Shown here: positions 18,629 to 30,375 of the stretch, piece after piece
Position numbering within the stretch: the stretch's first letter is position 1
Layout of the letters: each line of letters starts with the position of its first letter
Assembly: GCA_947473325.1 (NCBI GenBank)
Contig: CANJEJ010000003.1
Span: forward strand, 9,372-73,371
Length of the DNA stretch: 64,000 bases
Direction: 5' to 3'
Origin: Alphaproteobacteria bacterium
Lineage (GTDB): Bacteria > Pseudomonadota > Alphaproteobacteria > SHVP01
The notes under the pieces: generated by a model
Seen by the model: the letters and a program-made list of their open reading frames with translations, nothing else
The model's database searches: none
What the model was told of the DNA's origin: nothing
Position numbers and translations under genes: made by a program

Positions 18629-21600
18629 CTACACCGGCTCCAGCACCACGAGCAGGTCCTTCGTTTCCACCCGCGTGCCTGCCGGCGCCACGATTTCCTT
18701 CACCGTCGCGTCGCGGTCGGCATAGACGGCGGTTTCCATCTTCATCGCTTCGATGGTGAGCAGGCGGTCGCCTGCTTCCACCTTGTCGCCCTTGGCCACC
18801 GACAGGCTGACGACAAGGCCCGGCATCGGCGCGCCGACATGGCCCTCGTTGCCATCTTCCACCTTGCGGCGCTGGACGACGGTGGTGGCGAGCGTGCGGT
18901 CCTGCACCCGGACTGTGCGCGGCTGGCCGTTCAGCTCGAAGAAGACGTTGCGAATGCCGTCGTCATTGGGCTCGCCGATGGCGAGGTGGCGGACGATCAG
19001 CGTCTTGCCGCGTTCGATCTCGATGGAGAGCTCGTCGCCGACCTCCGGCCCATAGAAATGCACCGGTGTCGGCAGCACCGAAAGGTCGGAATAGACCCGG
19101 CGGTGCTCGGCATAGTCGGCGAAGACCTTGGGGTACATGAGATAGGAGGCGAGGTCGCGGTCGCCGAGCTGGCGGTGCACCTTCTTGCCCGCCTCGGCCC
19201 GCGCCTTCTCGATGTCGACCGGCGCCAGCACCTTGCCTGGCCGTTCGGTCAGCGGTTCGCGGCCCTTCAGCACCTTCTTCTGCAGGGCGGGCGGGAAGCC
19301 GCCGTAGGGCTGGCCGAGGTCGCCGTGGAAGAATTCCACCACCGATTCGGGGAAGGAGATCTCGGTGTCGGGGTCGAGCACATCGTCCTTGGTCAGCGAG
19401 TTGGTGACCATGTAGAGCGCCATGTCGCCGACAACCTTCGAGGTCGGCGTCACCTTGACGATGTCGCCGAACATCTCGTTCACCTCGGTATAGGCCTGGG
19501 CGACGGCGGGCCAATGCGCCTCGTCGATGCCAAGGCCGCGGGCCTGTTCGCGCAGGTTGGTGAACTGGCCGCCCGGCATGGCATGTTCGTAGACTTCCGC
19601 CATGCCCGAGCGCAGGTCGCTTTCAAAGGCCGCGTAGTAGCGGCGCACGCCTTCCCAGTAGCTTGCCATGCCGCGCAGCGTCTTGCGGTCGAGGCCGGGA
19701 TCGCGCTCGCTGCCGCGCAGCGCCTCGACGATGGAGCCGAGGTTGGGCTGCGAGGTGAGGCCGCTCATCGAATCCATCGCCGCATCAGCCGCATCGACGC
19801 CGGCTTCCGCCGCCGCCAGCACGCTCGCCGCCGAGATGCCCGAGGTGTCATGGGTGTGGAAATGGATCGGGATGCCGATTTCCTGCTTGAGCGTGGAAAC
19901 CAGCAGCTTCGCCGCCGCCGGACGGCACAGGCCGGCCATGTCCTTGATGCCCAGGATATGCGCGCCGGCCTTTTCCAGCTCCTTCGCCATCGTGACGTAA
20001 TATTGCAGCGTGTATTTGCGCTCGCCGGGATTGGACAGGTCGCCGGTGTAGCAGATCGCCGCCTCGCACAGCCGGTCGGATTCGAGCACGGCGTCCATCG
20101 ACACGCGCATGTTCTCGACCCAGTTGAGCGAATCGAATATCCGGAAGACATCGATGCCGGCATCCACCGCCTGGGCGACGAAGAACTTCACGACATTGTC
20201 GGGATAGTTCGTGTAGCCGACCCCGTTGGCCGCGCGCAGCAGCATCTGGGTCAGCAGGTTCGGCATCTGCTCGCGCAGCAGGGCGAGCCGTTCCCACGGG
20301 TCTTCGTGCAGGAAGCGCATGGCGACATCGAAGGTGGCGCCGCCCCAGCATTCCACCGAGAAGAGTTCTGGCAGCAGCCGGGCATAGGCGGGCGCGATCT
20401 TCGCCATGTCGAAGGTGCGGAAGCGCGTCGCCAGCAGCGACTGGTGCGCATCGCGCATCGTCGTATCGGTGATGAGCAGACGCTTCTGGTCGAGCATCCA
20501 GCCGGCGAAGCGTTTCGGCCCCAGTTCCTGCAGCAGGTCGCGCGTGCCCTTGGGCGGCTCTGTCTTCGGCACGACGGGCATGGGCGGCGCGGCGAAGGCC
20601 CTGGGCCGCGGACGGCCCTTCACCTCGGGGTTGCCGTTGACCAGCACCTCGCCCAGGAAGGTGAGAAGCCGGGTGGCGCGGTCGCGGCGCGGCTTGAAGG
20701 TGAGCAGGCCCGGCGTGTCGTCGATGAAGCGGGTGGTGTAGTTCCAGGTGATGAAGCGTTCGTCGCTGACGAGCTTTTCGAGGAAGACAAGGTTGGTCTT
20801 GACGCCACGGATGCGAAATTCGCGCAGCGCACGGTCCATGCGCTTCGCCGCTTCCTCCGGCGTCGGCGCCCAGGCCGTCACCTTTTCCAGCATCGAATCG
20901 TAGTAGGGCGTGATGACCGCGCCGCTGTAAGCCGTGCCGCCGTCGAGCCGGATGCCGAAGCCGAGCGCGCCGCGATAGGCGGTGATGCGGCCATAGTCGG
21001 GAATGAACTGGTTTTCCGGATCTTCCGTGGTGATGCGGCACTGCAGTGCGTGGCCGCGGAACTCGATCCCTTCCTGCGCCGGCACGCCGGAGGCAGGCTC
21101 GCCGATGGCGGCACCCTCGATCACATGGATCTGCGCCTTGATCAGGTCGATGCCGGTGATGACCTCGGTCACCGTGTGCTCGACCTGGATGCGCGGATTC
21201 ACTTCAATGAAGTAGAAGGCGCCCGTCTTCGCATCCATCAGGTATTCGACGGTGCCGGCGCACTGGTATTTCGCGGCGCGGGCGAGGCGCACGGCGGAAT
21301 CGCAGAGCGCCTTGCGCTTCTCGTCCGTCAGGTAGGCGGCGGGGGCGCGCTCGACCACCTTCTGGTTGCGCCGCTGCATCGAGCAGTCGCGCTCGTAGAG
21401 ATGGACGATGGTGCCGTAGAGATCGCCGAGGATCTGCACCTCGACATGGCGCGCGCCTTCGACGAATTTCTCGAGGAAGACCTCGTCATTGCCAAAGGCG
21501 GCCTTTGCCTCGCGCCGGCCGGCGGCAACCTGTTCCAGAAGCTCGGCCTCGGTCCGGATGATGCGCATGCCGCGCCCGCCGCCACCCCAGCTCGCCTTCA

Positions 21601-22105
21601 GCATGACGGGCAGGCCGACCTTGGCCGCCAGCCGCTTCACTTCCGCTTCGTCATGGGGCAGCGCGTCGGTCGCGGGCACCACCGGCACACCGGCTTCCAT
21701 GGCGAGCTTGCGCGCCGAGACCTTGTTGCCGAGCGCGCGCATCACATCGGGCGTCGGGCCGATGAAGCGGATGCCGGCCACCGCGACGGCCTCGGCGAAT
21801 TCCGGGTTCTCGGACAGGAAACCGTAGCCCGGATGGATGGCATCGACATGCGCCTCCTTGGCGATGCGCACGATGTCGGCAATGTCGAGATAGGCCTGGA
21901 CCGGCCCCTTGCCCTCGCCGACCAGATAGGCCTCGTCGGCCTTGAAACGGTGCAGCGCGAAGCGGTCTTCCTTTGAGTAAATGGCGACCGTGCGCAGGCC
22001 GAGCTCGGTGGCGGCGCGGAAGACGCGAATCGCGATTTCACTGCGATTGGCGACCAGGATCTTGCGGATTTTGCGGTTCGAGGCAGCGTTCATGACGGTG
22101 TCCAT
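18629..22105 (-). CDS. pyc: Pyruvate carboxylase
   Basis: 1158 aa with biotin carboxylase N-terminus (KILVANRSEIAIRVFRA), carboxyltransferase TIM barrel and C-terminal biotinyl motif EAMKME. Confidence 0.9.
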   Translation of the reverse strand: MDTVMNAASNRKIRKILVANRSEIAIRVFRAATELGLRTVAIYSKEDRFALHRFKADEAYLVGEGKGPVQAYLDIADIVRIAKEAHVDAIHPGYGFLSENPEFAEAVAVAGIRFIGPTPDVMRALGNKVSARKLAMEAGVPVVPATDALPHDEAEVKRLAAKVGLPVMLKASWGGGGRGMRIIRTEAELLEQVAAGRREAKAAFGNDEVFLEKFVEGARHVEVQILGDLYGTIVHLYERDCSMQRRNQKVVERAPAAYLTDEKRKALCDSAVRLARAAKYQCAGTVEYLMDAKTGAFYFIEVNPRIQVEHTVTEVITGIDLIKAQIHVIEGAAIGEPASGVPAQEGIEFRGHALQCRITTEDPENQFIPDYGRITAYRGALGFGIRLDGGTAYSGAVITPYYDSMLEKVTAWAPTPEEAAKRMDRALREFRIRGVKTNLVFLEKLVSDERFITWNYTTRFIDDTPGLLTFKPRRDRATRLLTFLGEVLVNGNPEVKGRPRPRAFAAPPMPVVPKTEPPKGTRDLLQELGPKRFAGWMLDQKRLLITDTTMRDAHQSLLATRFRTFDMAKIAPAYARLLPELFSVECWGGATFDVAMRFLHEDPWERLALLREQMPNLLTQMLLRAANGVGYTNYPDNVVKFFVAQAVDAGIDVFRIFDSLNWVENMRVSMDAVLESDRLCEAAICYTGDLSNPGERKYTLQYYVTMAKELEKAGAHILGIKDMAGLCRPAAAKLLVSTLKQEIGIPIHFHTHDTSGISAASVLAAAEAGVDAADAAMDSMSGLTSQPNLGSIVEALRGSERDPGLDRKTLRGMASYWEGVRRYYAAFESDLRSGMAEVYEHAMPGGQFTNLREQARGLGIDEAHWPAVAQAYTEVNEMFGDIVKVTPTSKVVGDMALYMVTNSLTKDDVLDPDTEISFPESVVEFFHGDLGQPYGGFPPALQKKVLKGREPLTERPGKVLAPVDIEKARAEAGKKVHRQLGDRDLASYLMYPKVFADYAEHRRVYSDLSVLPTPVHFYGPEVGDELSIEIERGKTLIVRHLAIGEPNDDGIRNVFFELNGQPRTVRVQDRTLATTVVQRRKVEDGNEGHVGAPMPGLVVSLSVAKGDKVEAGDRLLTIEAMKMETAVYADRDATVKEIVAPAGTRVETKDLLVVLEPV

Positions 22106-22235
22106 GCGGGGCGGAACCTAGCCATCGCGCCCCCCGGAGTCGACCCTTAGAATCAGTCCAGTCCGGGGAGCGGGCGACCCCGAATCCGGTCGGCTGACCA
22201 TTGCAGAGTCGCCGTCATGCCCTCATCTTGGGCCC

Positions 22236-23447
22236 ATGACCGTCGCCCTGCTTGACCCCGCCCCGCCCCCCGCTGCCGCCCACCCCGTTACTGATTGGTT
22301 GATCAGAAAGGGCCTGACCCGCGGCAGCACTGCCTCGCTGATCCATGGCGTGTCGCTGCGCATCGTCGAAGCGGGCGTCCCGCTGTGGCGGTTGAATTTC
22401 ATGGTGCAAACGCTGCACCCGCAGAGCAGTGCCGCGCTCTATCGCTGGACCGAGGGCGAGGACAAGATCTGGACCTTCCAGCCCCCGCGCGCCGAGATGG
22501 CCCAATATGCGAGCCGGTTCCAGAACAGTCCCTTCAAGGTCGTGTTCGAGACCGGGGTCGAAATCCGCCGGCGGCTGGAAGGGCCAGAGGCGGTGCTCGA
22601 CTTCCCCATCCTGCCCGACCTGGTCGCCGAGGGTGCGACCGACTATGCGGTGTTCCCGGTTCGCTTTTCCGACGGCCAGGTGAATGCCATCACCTGCGCG
22701 ACACGGCGGACGGGCGGCTTCAGCGAACACGACATGGCAACGCTGCGGCGGGCCATCCGGGCGCTGACGGGCCCGCTCGAGGTGATGCAGATGCGCGAAC
22801 TGTCGCGCACGCTGCTCGACACCTATCTCGGCCACAATGCCGGCGGGCGGGTGCTGGACGGTGTGATTGACCGCGGCGCCGGCGAGGTGATCCGCGCCGT
22901 GATCTGGTATTGCGACTTGCGCAACTTCACCGGCATGTCCGAAACCCTGCCGATGGAATCGATGATTCGCCTGCTCAACGACTATTTCGGGGCGGTGGGC
23001 GCGCCGGTCCACGAGGTGGGCGGCGAGATCCTGAAATTCGTCGGCGACGCCATCCTGGCGATCTTCCCCATCACCGACGGCTGCAGCGCGGCCGAGGCCT
23101 GCGCCCGCGCACTGGGCGCGGCGACGGCGGCGCAGGGGCGCATGAAGCAACTCAACACCGAACGCGCCGCGCAGGGCTGGCCCGCGCTCGACTTCGGCAT
23201 CACGCTGCATGTCGGCGACGTCATCTACGGCAACATCGGCACGCCCGACCGGCTCGACTTCACCGTCATCGGACCGGCGGTGAATCTCGTCACGCGGATG
23301 GAAGACCTGACCAAGACGCTGAAGCAGCCGGTGCTGGTGTCGGACCTGTTCGCCGAACTGGCAGGCGGCGACTTCGCCCCGATGGGTTCGCACCGCTTCC
23401 AGGGCATTCCCGAACCGCGCGCCATTTTCGCACCCCGCGCGGCATGA
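22236..23447 (+). CDS. Adenylate/guanylate cyclase (class III) with an uncharacterised ~210-aa N-terminal domain
   Basis: C-terminal cyclase homology domain (VIWYCDLRNFTGMS...KFVGDAILAIF). Confidence 0.8.
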   Translation: MTVALLDPAPPPAAAHPVTDWLIRKGLTRGSTASLIHGVSLRIVEAGVPLWRLNFMVQTLHPQSSAALYRWTEGEDKIWTFQPPRAEMAQYASRFQNSPFKVVFETGVEIRRRLEGPEAVLDFPILPDLVAEGATDYAVFPVRFSDGQVNAITCATRRTGGFSEHDMATLRRAIRALTGPLEVMQMRELSRTLLDTYLGHNAGGRVLDGVIDRGAGEVIRAVIWYCDLRNFTGMSETLPMESMIRLLNDYFGAVGAPVHEVGGEILKFVGDAILAIFPITDGCSAAEACARALGAATAAQGRMKQLNTERAAQGWPALDFGITLHVGDVIYGNIGTPDRLDFTVIGPAVNLVTRMEDLTKTLKQPVLVSDLFAELAGGDFAPMGSHRFQGIPEPRAIFAPRAA

Positions 23448-23779
23448 CTGACAACCAGCCCGAACCCAATTTCAGCGACACAGGGCGGCCCCCACCGCGC
23501 GGCTTTCGCCTTCAACAAGCGGGCGCAATCGTCGAGCCGAAACGCGCGGTGTCGGGCTGGCTGAGCGTGATCAGCGGCGGGCTGTCGATCTTCGTCTTCG
23601 CGCCGTTCTTCGCGCCCTTCGGCTATCTGTTCGCGCTGTTCGCGCTGATCCGCGGCCAGGTCCTGCTGGCCCTGGCCGGGATCGCGCTCAGCACCTTCGG
23701 CCTCCTCACCTCGCCGATCTTCCTCGCGATGGCGGGGCTGGCCGGCTTCGTCTGGTGGGTCTGGCCGAGCTGGCTGTAA
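23444..23779 (+). CDS. Small hydrophobic membrane protein (hypothetical)
   Basis: ATG overlaps the cyclase stop; 2–3 predicted TM helices. Confidence 0.45.
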   Translation: MTDNQPEPNFSDTGRPPPRGFRLQQAGAIVEPKRAVSGWLSVISGGLSIFVFAPFFAPFGYLFALFALIRGQVLLALAGIALSTFGLLTSPIFLAMAGLAGFVWWVWPSWL

Positions 23780-23829
23780 GCGCACGGGCCGCCGCAGGCG
23801 GCGATACGTGCGCGCCCAACCAAAACGGG

Positions 23830-24441
23830 TTACGCCGGCTTGGTGGCCTTGAGCGACGGGCGTTCCGACAGCTTGTCGAACCAGGCCGCCGTCTTCGGCG
23901 CCTTGGCGCGCCAGTTGCGGTCGGTGAAGCGGAAATCGAGATAGCCGAGCGCGCAGGCGAGCGTGATGGTGCCGATGTCGAAGGTCTCGCCGAAGGTGGC
24001 GACCTCGCGCTCGATGTCGCCGAGGCTCGCTTCCACCTTCTGCCACTGGCCCTTGTCCCAGTCGGACCAGCGCTTGTCTTCCGGGCGCAGCGTTGCTTCG
24101 TAGCGCACCAGCAAGGCCGCATCGAGGATGCCGTCGCCGACCGCCTGGCGGCGCAGCGCCGTCCAGCGCTTCGGCCCCGGCGCCGGGAAGAACTTTCCGC
24201 TGGCCAGGTGGTCGATGTATTCGCAGATCACCGGGCTGTCGAACAGCGTGTCGCCATCATTGGTCATCAGCGCCGGGATCTTGGCGAGCGGGTTTTTCTT
24301 CTGCACCTCGGCATTGGCGGCCACGGGCGACACGCCGCCCGGCGCCGGCACCTTTTCCACCTTGGCGTCGAGGCCGGTTTCGATCAGCAGCACCATGACC
24401 TTGCGGACATAGGGCGAGGAGGGCGAGTGGTAGAGCTTCAT
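23830..24441 (-). CDS. Glutathione S-transferase
   Basis: MKLYHSPSSPYVRKVMVLLIETGL N-terminal GST fold. Confidence 0.8.
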   Translation of the reverse strand: MKLYHSPSSPYVRKVMVLLIETGLDAKVEKVPAPGGVSPVAANAEVQKKNPLAKIPALMTNDGDTLFDSPVICEYIDHLASGKFFPAPGPKRWTALRRQAVGDGILDAALLVRYEATLRPEDKRWSDWDKGQWQKVEASLGDIEREVATFGETFDIGTITLACALGYLDFRFTDRNWRAKAPKTAAWFDKLSERPSLKATKPA

Positions 24442-24470
24442 GGCGGTTCTCCCGGATCTGGATTCCTGAA

Positions 24471-25964
<1,494 letters not shown>

Positions 25965-26136
25965 GATGAAAGGCTCCTTCTCCGGCGCGGGAGTTGGGCA
26001 CAAAGGCGGGGGGGATTCAAGGCTGGGCAGGACGACCGCAGAAACCGGCGCGCTTTCTGACAGCCCCCTTTTTGGCGGGTATCACCGTTTTCCCCAGTTT
26101 CGCGCTAGGCTAGGCGGACCGAACAGGAATTGTCCC

Positions 26137-27030
26137 ATGACGTGCCGTGTGCTGGCGCTGTGCGCCCTTGCCCTTGACCTTGCCGTTTTCGCACCCGCCC
26201 TTCCCGCCGCCGCGCAGGCGCCCGCGCCGGTGGAGTGGAAGGCGTGGGCGAACGGGCAGGAGCGCACGTTCGGCGACATCACGGTGAAGGCCGACGACCG
26301 GCGCACGGGCGAGGGGTATTTCTACATCCGCATCCTGAAGGGTGCACAGGAGGTGATGGCGCTGAGTTCCGCCGCCTTCCTGATGCACGAGCCGACGCTG
26401 GGCCAGGACATCAGCGGCAGCAGCAAGCCGCATCTCGCCGCGCTGGAATGGTCGGGCAACGACAATTGCTGCTACCAGCTGCACATCATCGAACTCGGTG
26501 CGGAACCGCGCGTCGTCGGCGATGTCGACATCAAATATATCGAGGAGGGCGGCTTTCCCACCTTCGTCGACCGGGACGGCAAGCCCGGCCTGGAGATCGA
26601 GGTGACCGACATGTGGGCCTTCTATGCCGACCTGCTGGCGGGATCGCCGGTGCCACGGGTGGTGCTGCGGCTGGAGGGTGGCGCCTATGTCGCCGACGGC
26701 GCCCTGATGAAGAAGCCGCCGCCGACCGACGCCGCGCTGATCGCGCGTGCCGATCAGTCGCACGACACCTATGAAGAGGCGCAGGTCGGCCAGGTGTGGG
26801 CGGAGGTCATTGCGAGCCCGGTGATCGAGCTGATCTACCAGGGCAACCTGGCCGCGGCCTGCCGCTTCCACGAACGCGCGCACCCGGACGACGACTACAA
26901 GGAAGCGTCGCTGTTGAAGCTGCTCGAGGATATCAACGTGAAGACGCGGCGCGCGGAGTGGAAGCTGTGGCCGGCGCTGGCCCGGGCCAACGGCATTCCC
27001 GAAAGCGGCACGCTCGACTGCCCGCGCTGA
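26137..27030 (+). CDS. Secreted hypothetical protein
   Basis: Signal peptide MTCRVLALCALALDLAVFAPALPAAAQA; no recognisable domain. Confidence 0.5.
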   Translation: MTCRVLALCALALDLAVFAPALPAAAQAPAPVEWKAWANGQERTFGDITVKADDRRTGEGYFYIRILKGAQEVMALSSAAFLMHEPTLGQDISGSSKPHLAALEWSGNDNCCYQLHIIELGAEPRVVGDVDIKYIEEGGFPTFVDRDGKPGLEIEVTDMWAFYADLLAGSPVPRVVLRLEGGAYVADGALMKKPPPTDAALIARADQSHDTYEEAQVGQVWAEVIASPVIELIYQGNLAAACRFHERAHPDDDYKEASLLKLLEDINVKTRRAEWKLWPALARANGIPESGTLDCPR

Positions 27031-27042
27031 CGCGCGGCACGA

Positions 27043-29511
27043 TCAGCCGCGACTGAGGCGGCCGCGGGCTTCCCGGAGCTGCGAATCGGTCATGATCTTG
27101 CGCAGCGTGGCGAGCGAATCTTCCGCGCGCAGATGGCCCTGCGCCGCGGCGCGGGCGAACCAGGTGTGCGCCTCGATCAGGTCGCGCTTCACGCCGTTGC
27201 CGTCGAGATAGAGGCCGCCGACGAAGAATTGCGCGTCCGGCTGTCCGGTGCGCGCCACCGGCATCCAGAACTCATAGGCCTTCTCGTAGTTGCGGGCGAG
27301 ATAGGCGACGACGCCGACATCGACGGCGCGGCGCGCCGCATCCGGGTTGAAGCCCGGAATGTCGGGCGTGCCGGCGCGATTCATCAGGAAGGGGGGCGGC
27401 GCCTTCTCGTCATTGAGGGAGGCGACGCGGGCTTCCTTGATCTGGCGGTCATGCTCCGCCTTCGCCTCGCGCACGAGCGTGTCGGACAGGCGCGGGCCGC
27501 GCGGCACGGCGCGGTTGCCGCTGTCGGCTTCCTTCACGAGGAAGTCGGGCGGTTCGGTCACCGGCGCACCGGCCATCTCGCGCGCGGCTTCCTGCTTCAG
27601 CACATCGGAGACCGGAATGCGGTCGCGCGGCGCAGCCGCCACGACAGGCGCCAGTTCCGGGCGCAGGAAGGTCGGAATGGTGCCAGCCGGCGCGCTGTCC
27701 TTCGCCGTCGGAACGGCGGCCGACTTTGTCCCGGCCGGAGTCGTGTCCGTGTCGGCATCCCGGCGCAGGAAACCCGGCGCCGGCGCCGGTGCGGCAGCGG
27801 GCTGAGCCTCCAGCCGGTTGAGGCTCGCGGTGATTTCTTCCTCGCGCCGCGCCTCGGCCTCGCGCCGCAGGGTGGCGGCCGTGTCGGCAGCGGGCGTCGC
27901 GACGACGACGGGCGGCGTCGAATCATTGGCTGGCGCGGGTGCGACCACCGCGGGCGCGACTGCCGGGGCCGGTTCCGCCGCCGCCACAACGGCAGCGGGC
28001 GGAACCGCCTGGCGAGGCGGCAAGGCCGGGAAGGCATTGGTCGTCACCGGCACGGGCGTGGTGACGGGCGCCGTGACGCGCGTGGCATCGCGGGCGGCTT
28101 CGCGCGCCAGCAGGGGCGGAACGGGTGCCGCCGTGCCGCGCCCGGGTGCCGGTTGCGGTGCGGGCGCGTTGTTTGCCGGGCGTGCGTCTGCCGCGGCTTC
28201 GCGCTTCAGGAAGGCGGGAACCTCGGATGGCGACGCGGTGCGAAGCGGTGCCGGTGCCGTCAAGGCGGCCAGGCGGACGCGATCGGCTTCCGCCTCCGCG
28301 ACCAGGGTCGGCGACGGCGGCACGACGATGAGCGCGGGGGCCAGGCCGGCGCGTTCGCGGCGGGCTTCCTCGATCAGGAACGGCGCGACCGGCACGACGA
28401 TCGCGGCGACTTCCACAGGGGCCGGTTCGGTGCGCGCCGGCGACGGCGCACGGCTGGTGTCCGGAACCGCGACCGCGGCAGGCCGCGGCAGACGCGGCGC
28501 CACCGGCTCGGGCGTTGCAGGACGCAGCGCCGCCATCTGCGCGGGTGCAGGCTGCGCCGGCGGTTGCGGTTTGACGGGTGTCACCGTCAGCGCCGCCGCA
28601 CCGCGCGCGGCGGACGGCGTGGCGCGTTCTTCGGCCGGCCGCGTGCGCGGTCGAATGTCGCCAGTCAGCGCCGGCTGTTCGGTGCCAAGCTGCGCGACGT
28701 CGACCGGTGCCATCGGCACGGCCGGCGGCACCGCCTGCGGCGCGGCGCGCGCCACGGCCGTTGCCTGTTCCGGCGCGCGTGCGAGGAAGTCACGCGGCAT
28801 GTAGAGGTGCGAGCGCGAGGTTTCGACACCGCGCGCGGCCGAGATCAGGGGCTGCGTCGGCGCGGCTTCCGCCACCTGCTTCGGTGCGGGCGCAGGCGTG
28901 ACCGGTGCGGGCGCCGCGGCAACCGCCGCCGGCGTGCCGGCAGCCGGCGCCACCTTGTCGTTGAGGAATTGCGCAACGCGCTGGGCAGCGCGGTCATGGC
29001 CACCATCGGCGGCGCGCTGATACCAGCCCATGGCACGGTTGGCGCTCTTCTCCACGCCCAGTCCCTGTTCGTACATCAGGGCCAGGTTGTATTGCGCGAT
29101 GGCATGGCCCTGTTCGGCCGCCTTGTCGAACCAGCGGGCAGCTTCGGCCGGATCCCTGGCCACGCCCTGGCCCTGCAGATACATCACACCGAGATTGGCC
29201 TGCGCCGCCGCATGACCATGCTGTGCCGCGAGGCGATACCAGTTCGCCGCGACTTCGTCGCTTTGCGGCACGCCGCGGCCCTGGCGATAGAGCTGGCCGA
29301 TGTTGCGCTGCGCCGCCGGATCACCCTCGCGCGCGAGCGGCAGCCATTCCTCATAGGCCTTGCGGAAGTCACCCTTCTCGAAGGCCTTCACGCCCGCATT
29401 GAAATCGGCAAAGGCCGGGGCCGGTGCCCCGGCCAGCGCGACGGCCAGCGCAACGGCGGCTGTCGTGCACAACAGGCGGGTGCGGAAGTCGGTGTTCCTG
29501 GTGATGTTCAT
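27043..29511 (-). CDS. Sel1-repeat (TPR-like) envelope protein with a long Pro/Ala-rich disordered core
   Basis: Signal peptide, N- and C-terminal Sel1 repeats (AAQRNIGQLYRQGRGV...), central low-complexity region. Confidence 0.8.
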   Translation of the reverse strand: MNITRNTDFRTRLLCTTAAVALAVALAGAPAPAFADFNAGVKAFEKGDFRKAYEEWLPLAREGDPAAQRNIGQLYRQGRGVPQSDEVAANWYRLAAQHGHAAAQANLGVMYLQGQGVARDPAEAARWFDKAAEQGHAIAQYNLALMYEQGLGVEKSANRAMGWYQRAADGGHDRAAQRVAQFLNDKVAPAAGTPAAVAAAPAPVTPAPAPKQVAEAAPTQPLISAARGVETSRSHLYMPRDFLARAPEQATAVARAAPQAVPPAVPMAPVDVAQLGTEQPALTGDIRPRTRPAEERATPSAARGAAALTVTPVKPQPPAQPAPAQMAALRPATPEPVAPRLPRPAAVAVPDTSRAPSPARTEPAPVEVAAIVVPVAPFLIEEARRERAGLAPALIVVPPSPTLVAEAEADRVRLAALTAPAPLRTASPSEVPAFLKREAAADARPANNAPAPQPAPGRGTAAPVPPLLAREAARDATRVTAPVTTPVPVTTNAFPALPPRQAVPPAAVVAAAEPAPAVAPAVVAPAPANDSTPPVVVATPAADTAATLRREAEARREEEITASLNRLEAQPAAAPAPAPGFLRRDADTDTTPAGTKSAAVPTAKDSAPAGTIPTFLRPELAPVVAAAPRDRIPVSDVLKQEAAREMAGAPVTEPPDFLVKEADSGNRAVPRGPRLSDTLVREAKAEHDRQIKEARVASLNDEKAPPPFLMNRAGTPDIPGFNPDAARRAVDVGVVAYLARNYEKAYEFWMPVARTGQPDAQFFVGGLYLDGNGVKRDLIEAHTWFARAAAQGHLRAEDSLATLRKIMTDSQLREARGRLSRG

Positions 29512-30011
29512 GCAGTGACCCGGCGCCAGGTGCCATCGGCCTCGCGGCAGGCGGTGCCCTTGGTTTCTTCGCTGCGGCCGCCAACGACGACGACCTGCGT
29601 GAATTCGCGGCAGTACTGGCCCGAGGCACGCTGGAACGTACGCGTCGGCGTCACCGTGCCGGTGTGTCCCGATTCGGGATTGTTCCAGCGGCTTTCCGTG
29701 CCGATGGGGACGGATTCGAGTGTGGTTTGCGTCGTGCGTTCCAGTGCCACCTGGTCGGCCCGCGACAGGCGTGCGGCGAGGTCATCATTTACCAGCGCCG
29801 CGAGCACAACAGGCACCGGCACGATGGCAACGGACTCGACAACGGCAGGGCGCGCCGCCGTCGGCGCCGGCGCGGACACAGCGGGTGTCTCGGCGGCGCG
29901 GGCTTCGTCGCCGCCGCGCAGCCATCGGCTGTTGCTGTTGCAGGCAGAAAGGCCCAGCGCCAGCACGGCGAGCAGGACCATCGCTCCGCTTCTGTCGGCC
30001 TTCAGTTGCAT
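29508..30011 (-). CDS. Lipoprotein (17 kDa surface-antigen-like)
   Basis: Lipobox LALGLSAC; 4-bp overlap with the downstream Sel1 gene. Confidence 0.6.
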   Translation of the reverse strand: MQLKADRSGAMVLLAVLALGLSACNSNSRWLRGGDEARAAETPAVSAPAPTAARPAVVESVAIVPVPVVLAALVNDDLAARLSRADQVALERTTQTTLESVPIGTESRWNNPESGHTGTVTPTRTFQRASGQYCREFTQVVVVGGRSEETKGTACREADGTWRRVTA

Positions 30012-30375
30012 TGTCGTTCCTGAGAACCGGCCGGACTTCTGGTGATCCGGGCCGGGTGAGCGTCCTACTGTAACATGCTCTACTATCTCATGAAATTGCG
30101 GCTGCTGCCAGTTGAAGCAAGTTGGTATCACTCTACCTTGCTGCTGCGGCAACCCCGGTTGTTGGCAGGCCGTTCGGAATGGTCGTTCCAGCACTCCGAA
30201 AGCTGATCAGACAATTTCTGATTTATCTTTAAAATCAAATTGTTACTGCCTTGCCTCCGCCCCTGGCCAGCAATGGTACCGCGACGCTGGCCGGCGGCGA
30301 GCAGACCCTGGCCGGCCTTTGCGGTCCGGCGGGGCGAACATCCACCACCGGTCTTCCCGGTCATCAGAGCCCCTC

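Noticed and set aside
18617-21976. 1119-aa plus-strand ORF
   Set aside because: Antisense to pyruvate carboxylase. Arg/Gly/Ala-rich translation typical of reverse-frame high-GC DNA, with no domain signatures.
27133-30045. 970-aa plus-strand ORF
   Set aside because: Antisense to the Sel1-repeat gene and lipoprotein. Arg/Gly-rich junk. The minus strand has a signal peptide and clear Sel1 repeats.
30112-30375. In-frame TTG-initiated upstream extension of the HAD hydrolase ORF
   Set aside because: HAD motif I (FDLGKVV) lies immediately after the ATG at 30376. The extension crosses an AT-rich non-coding-looking island.
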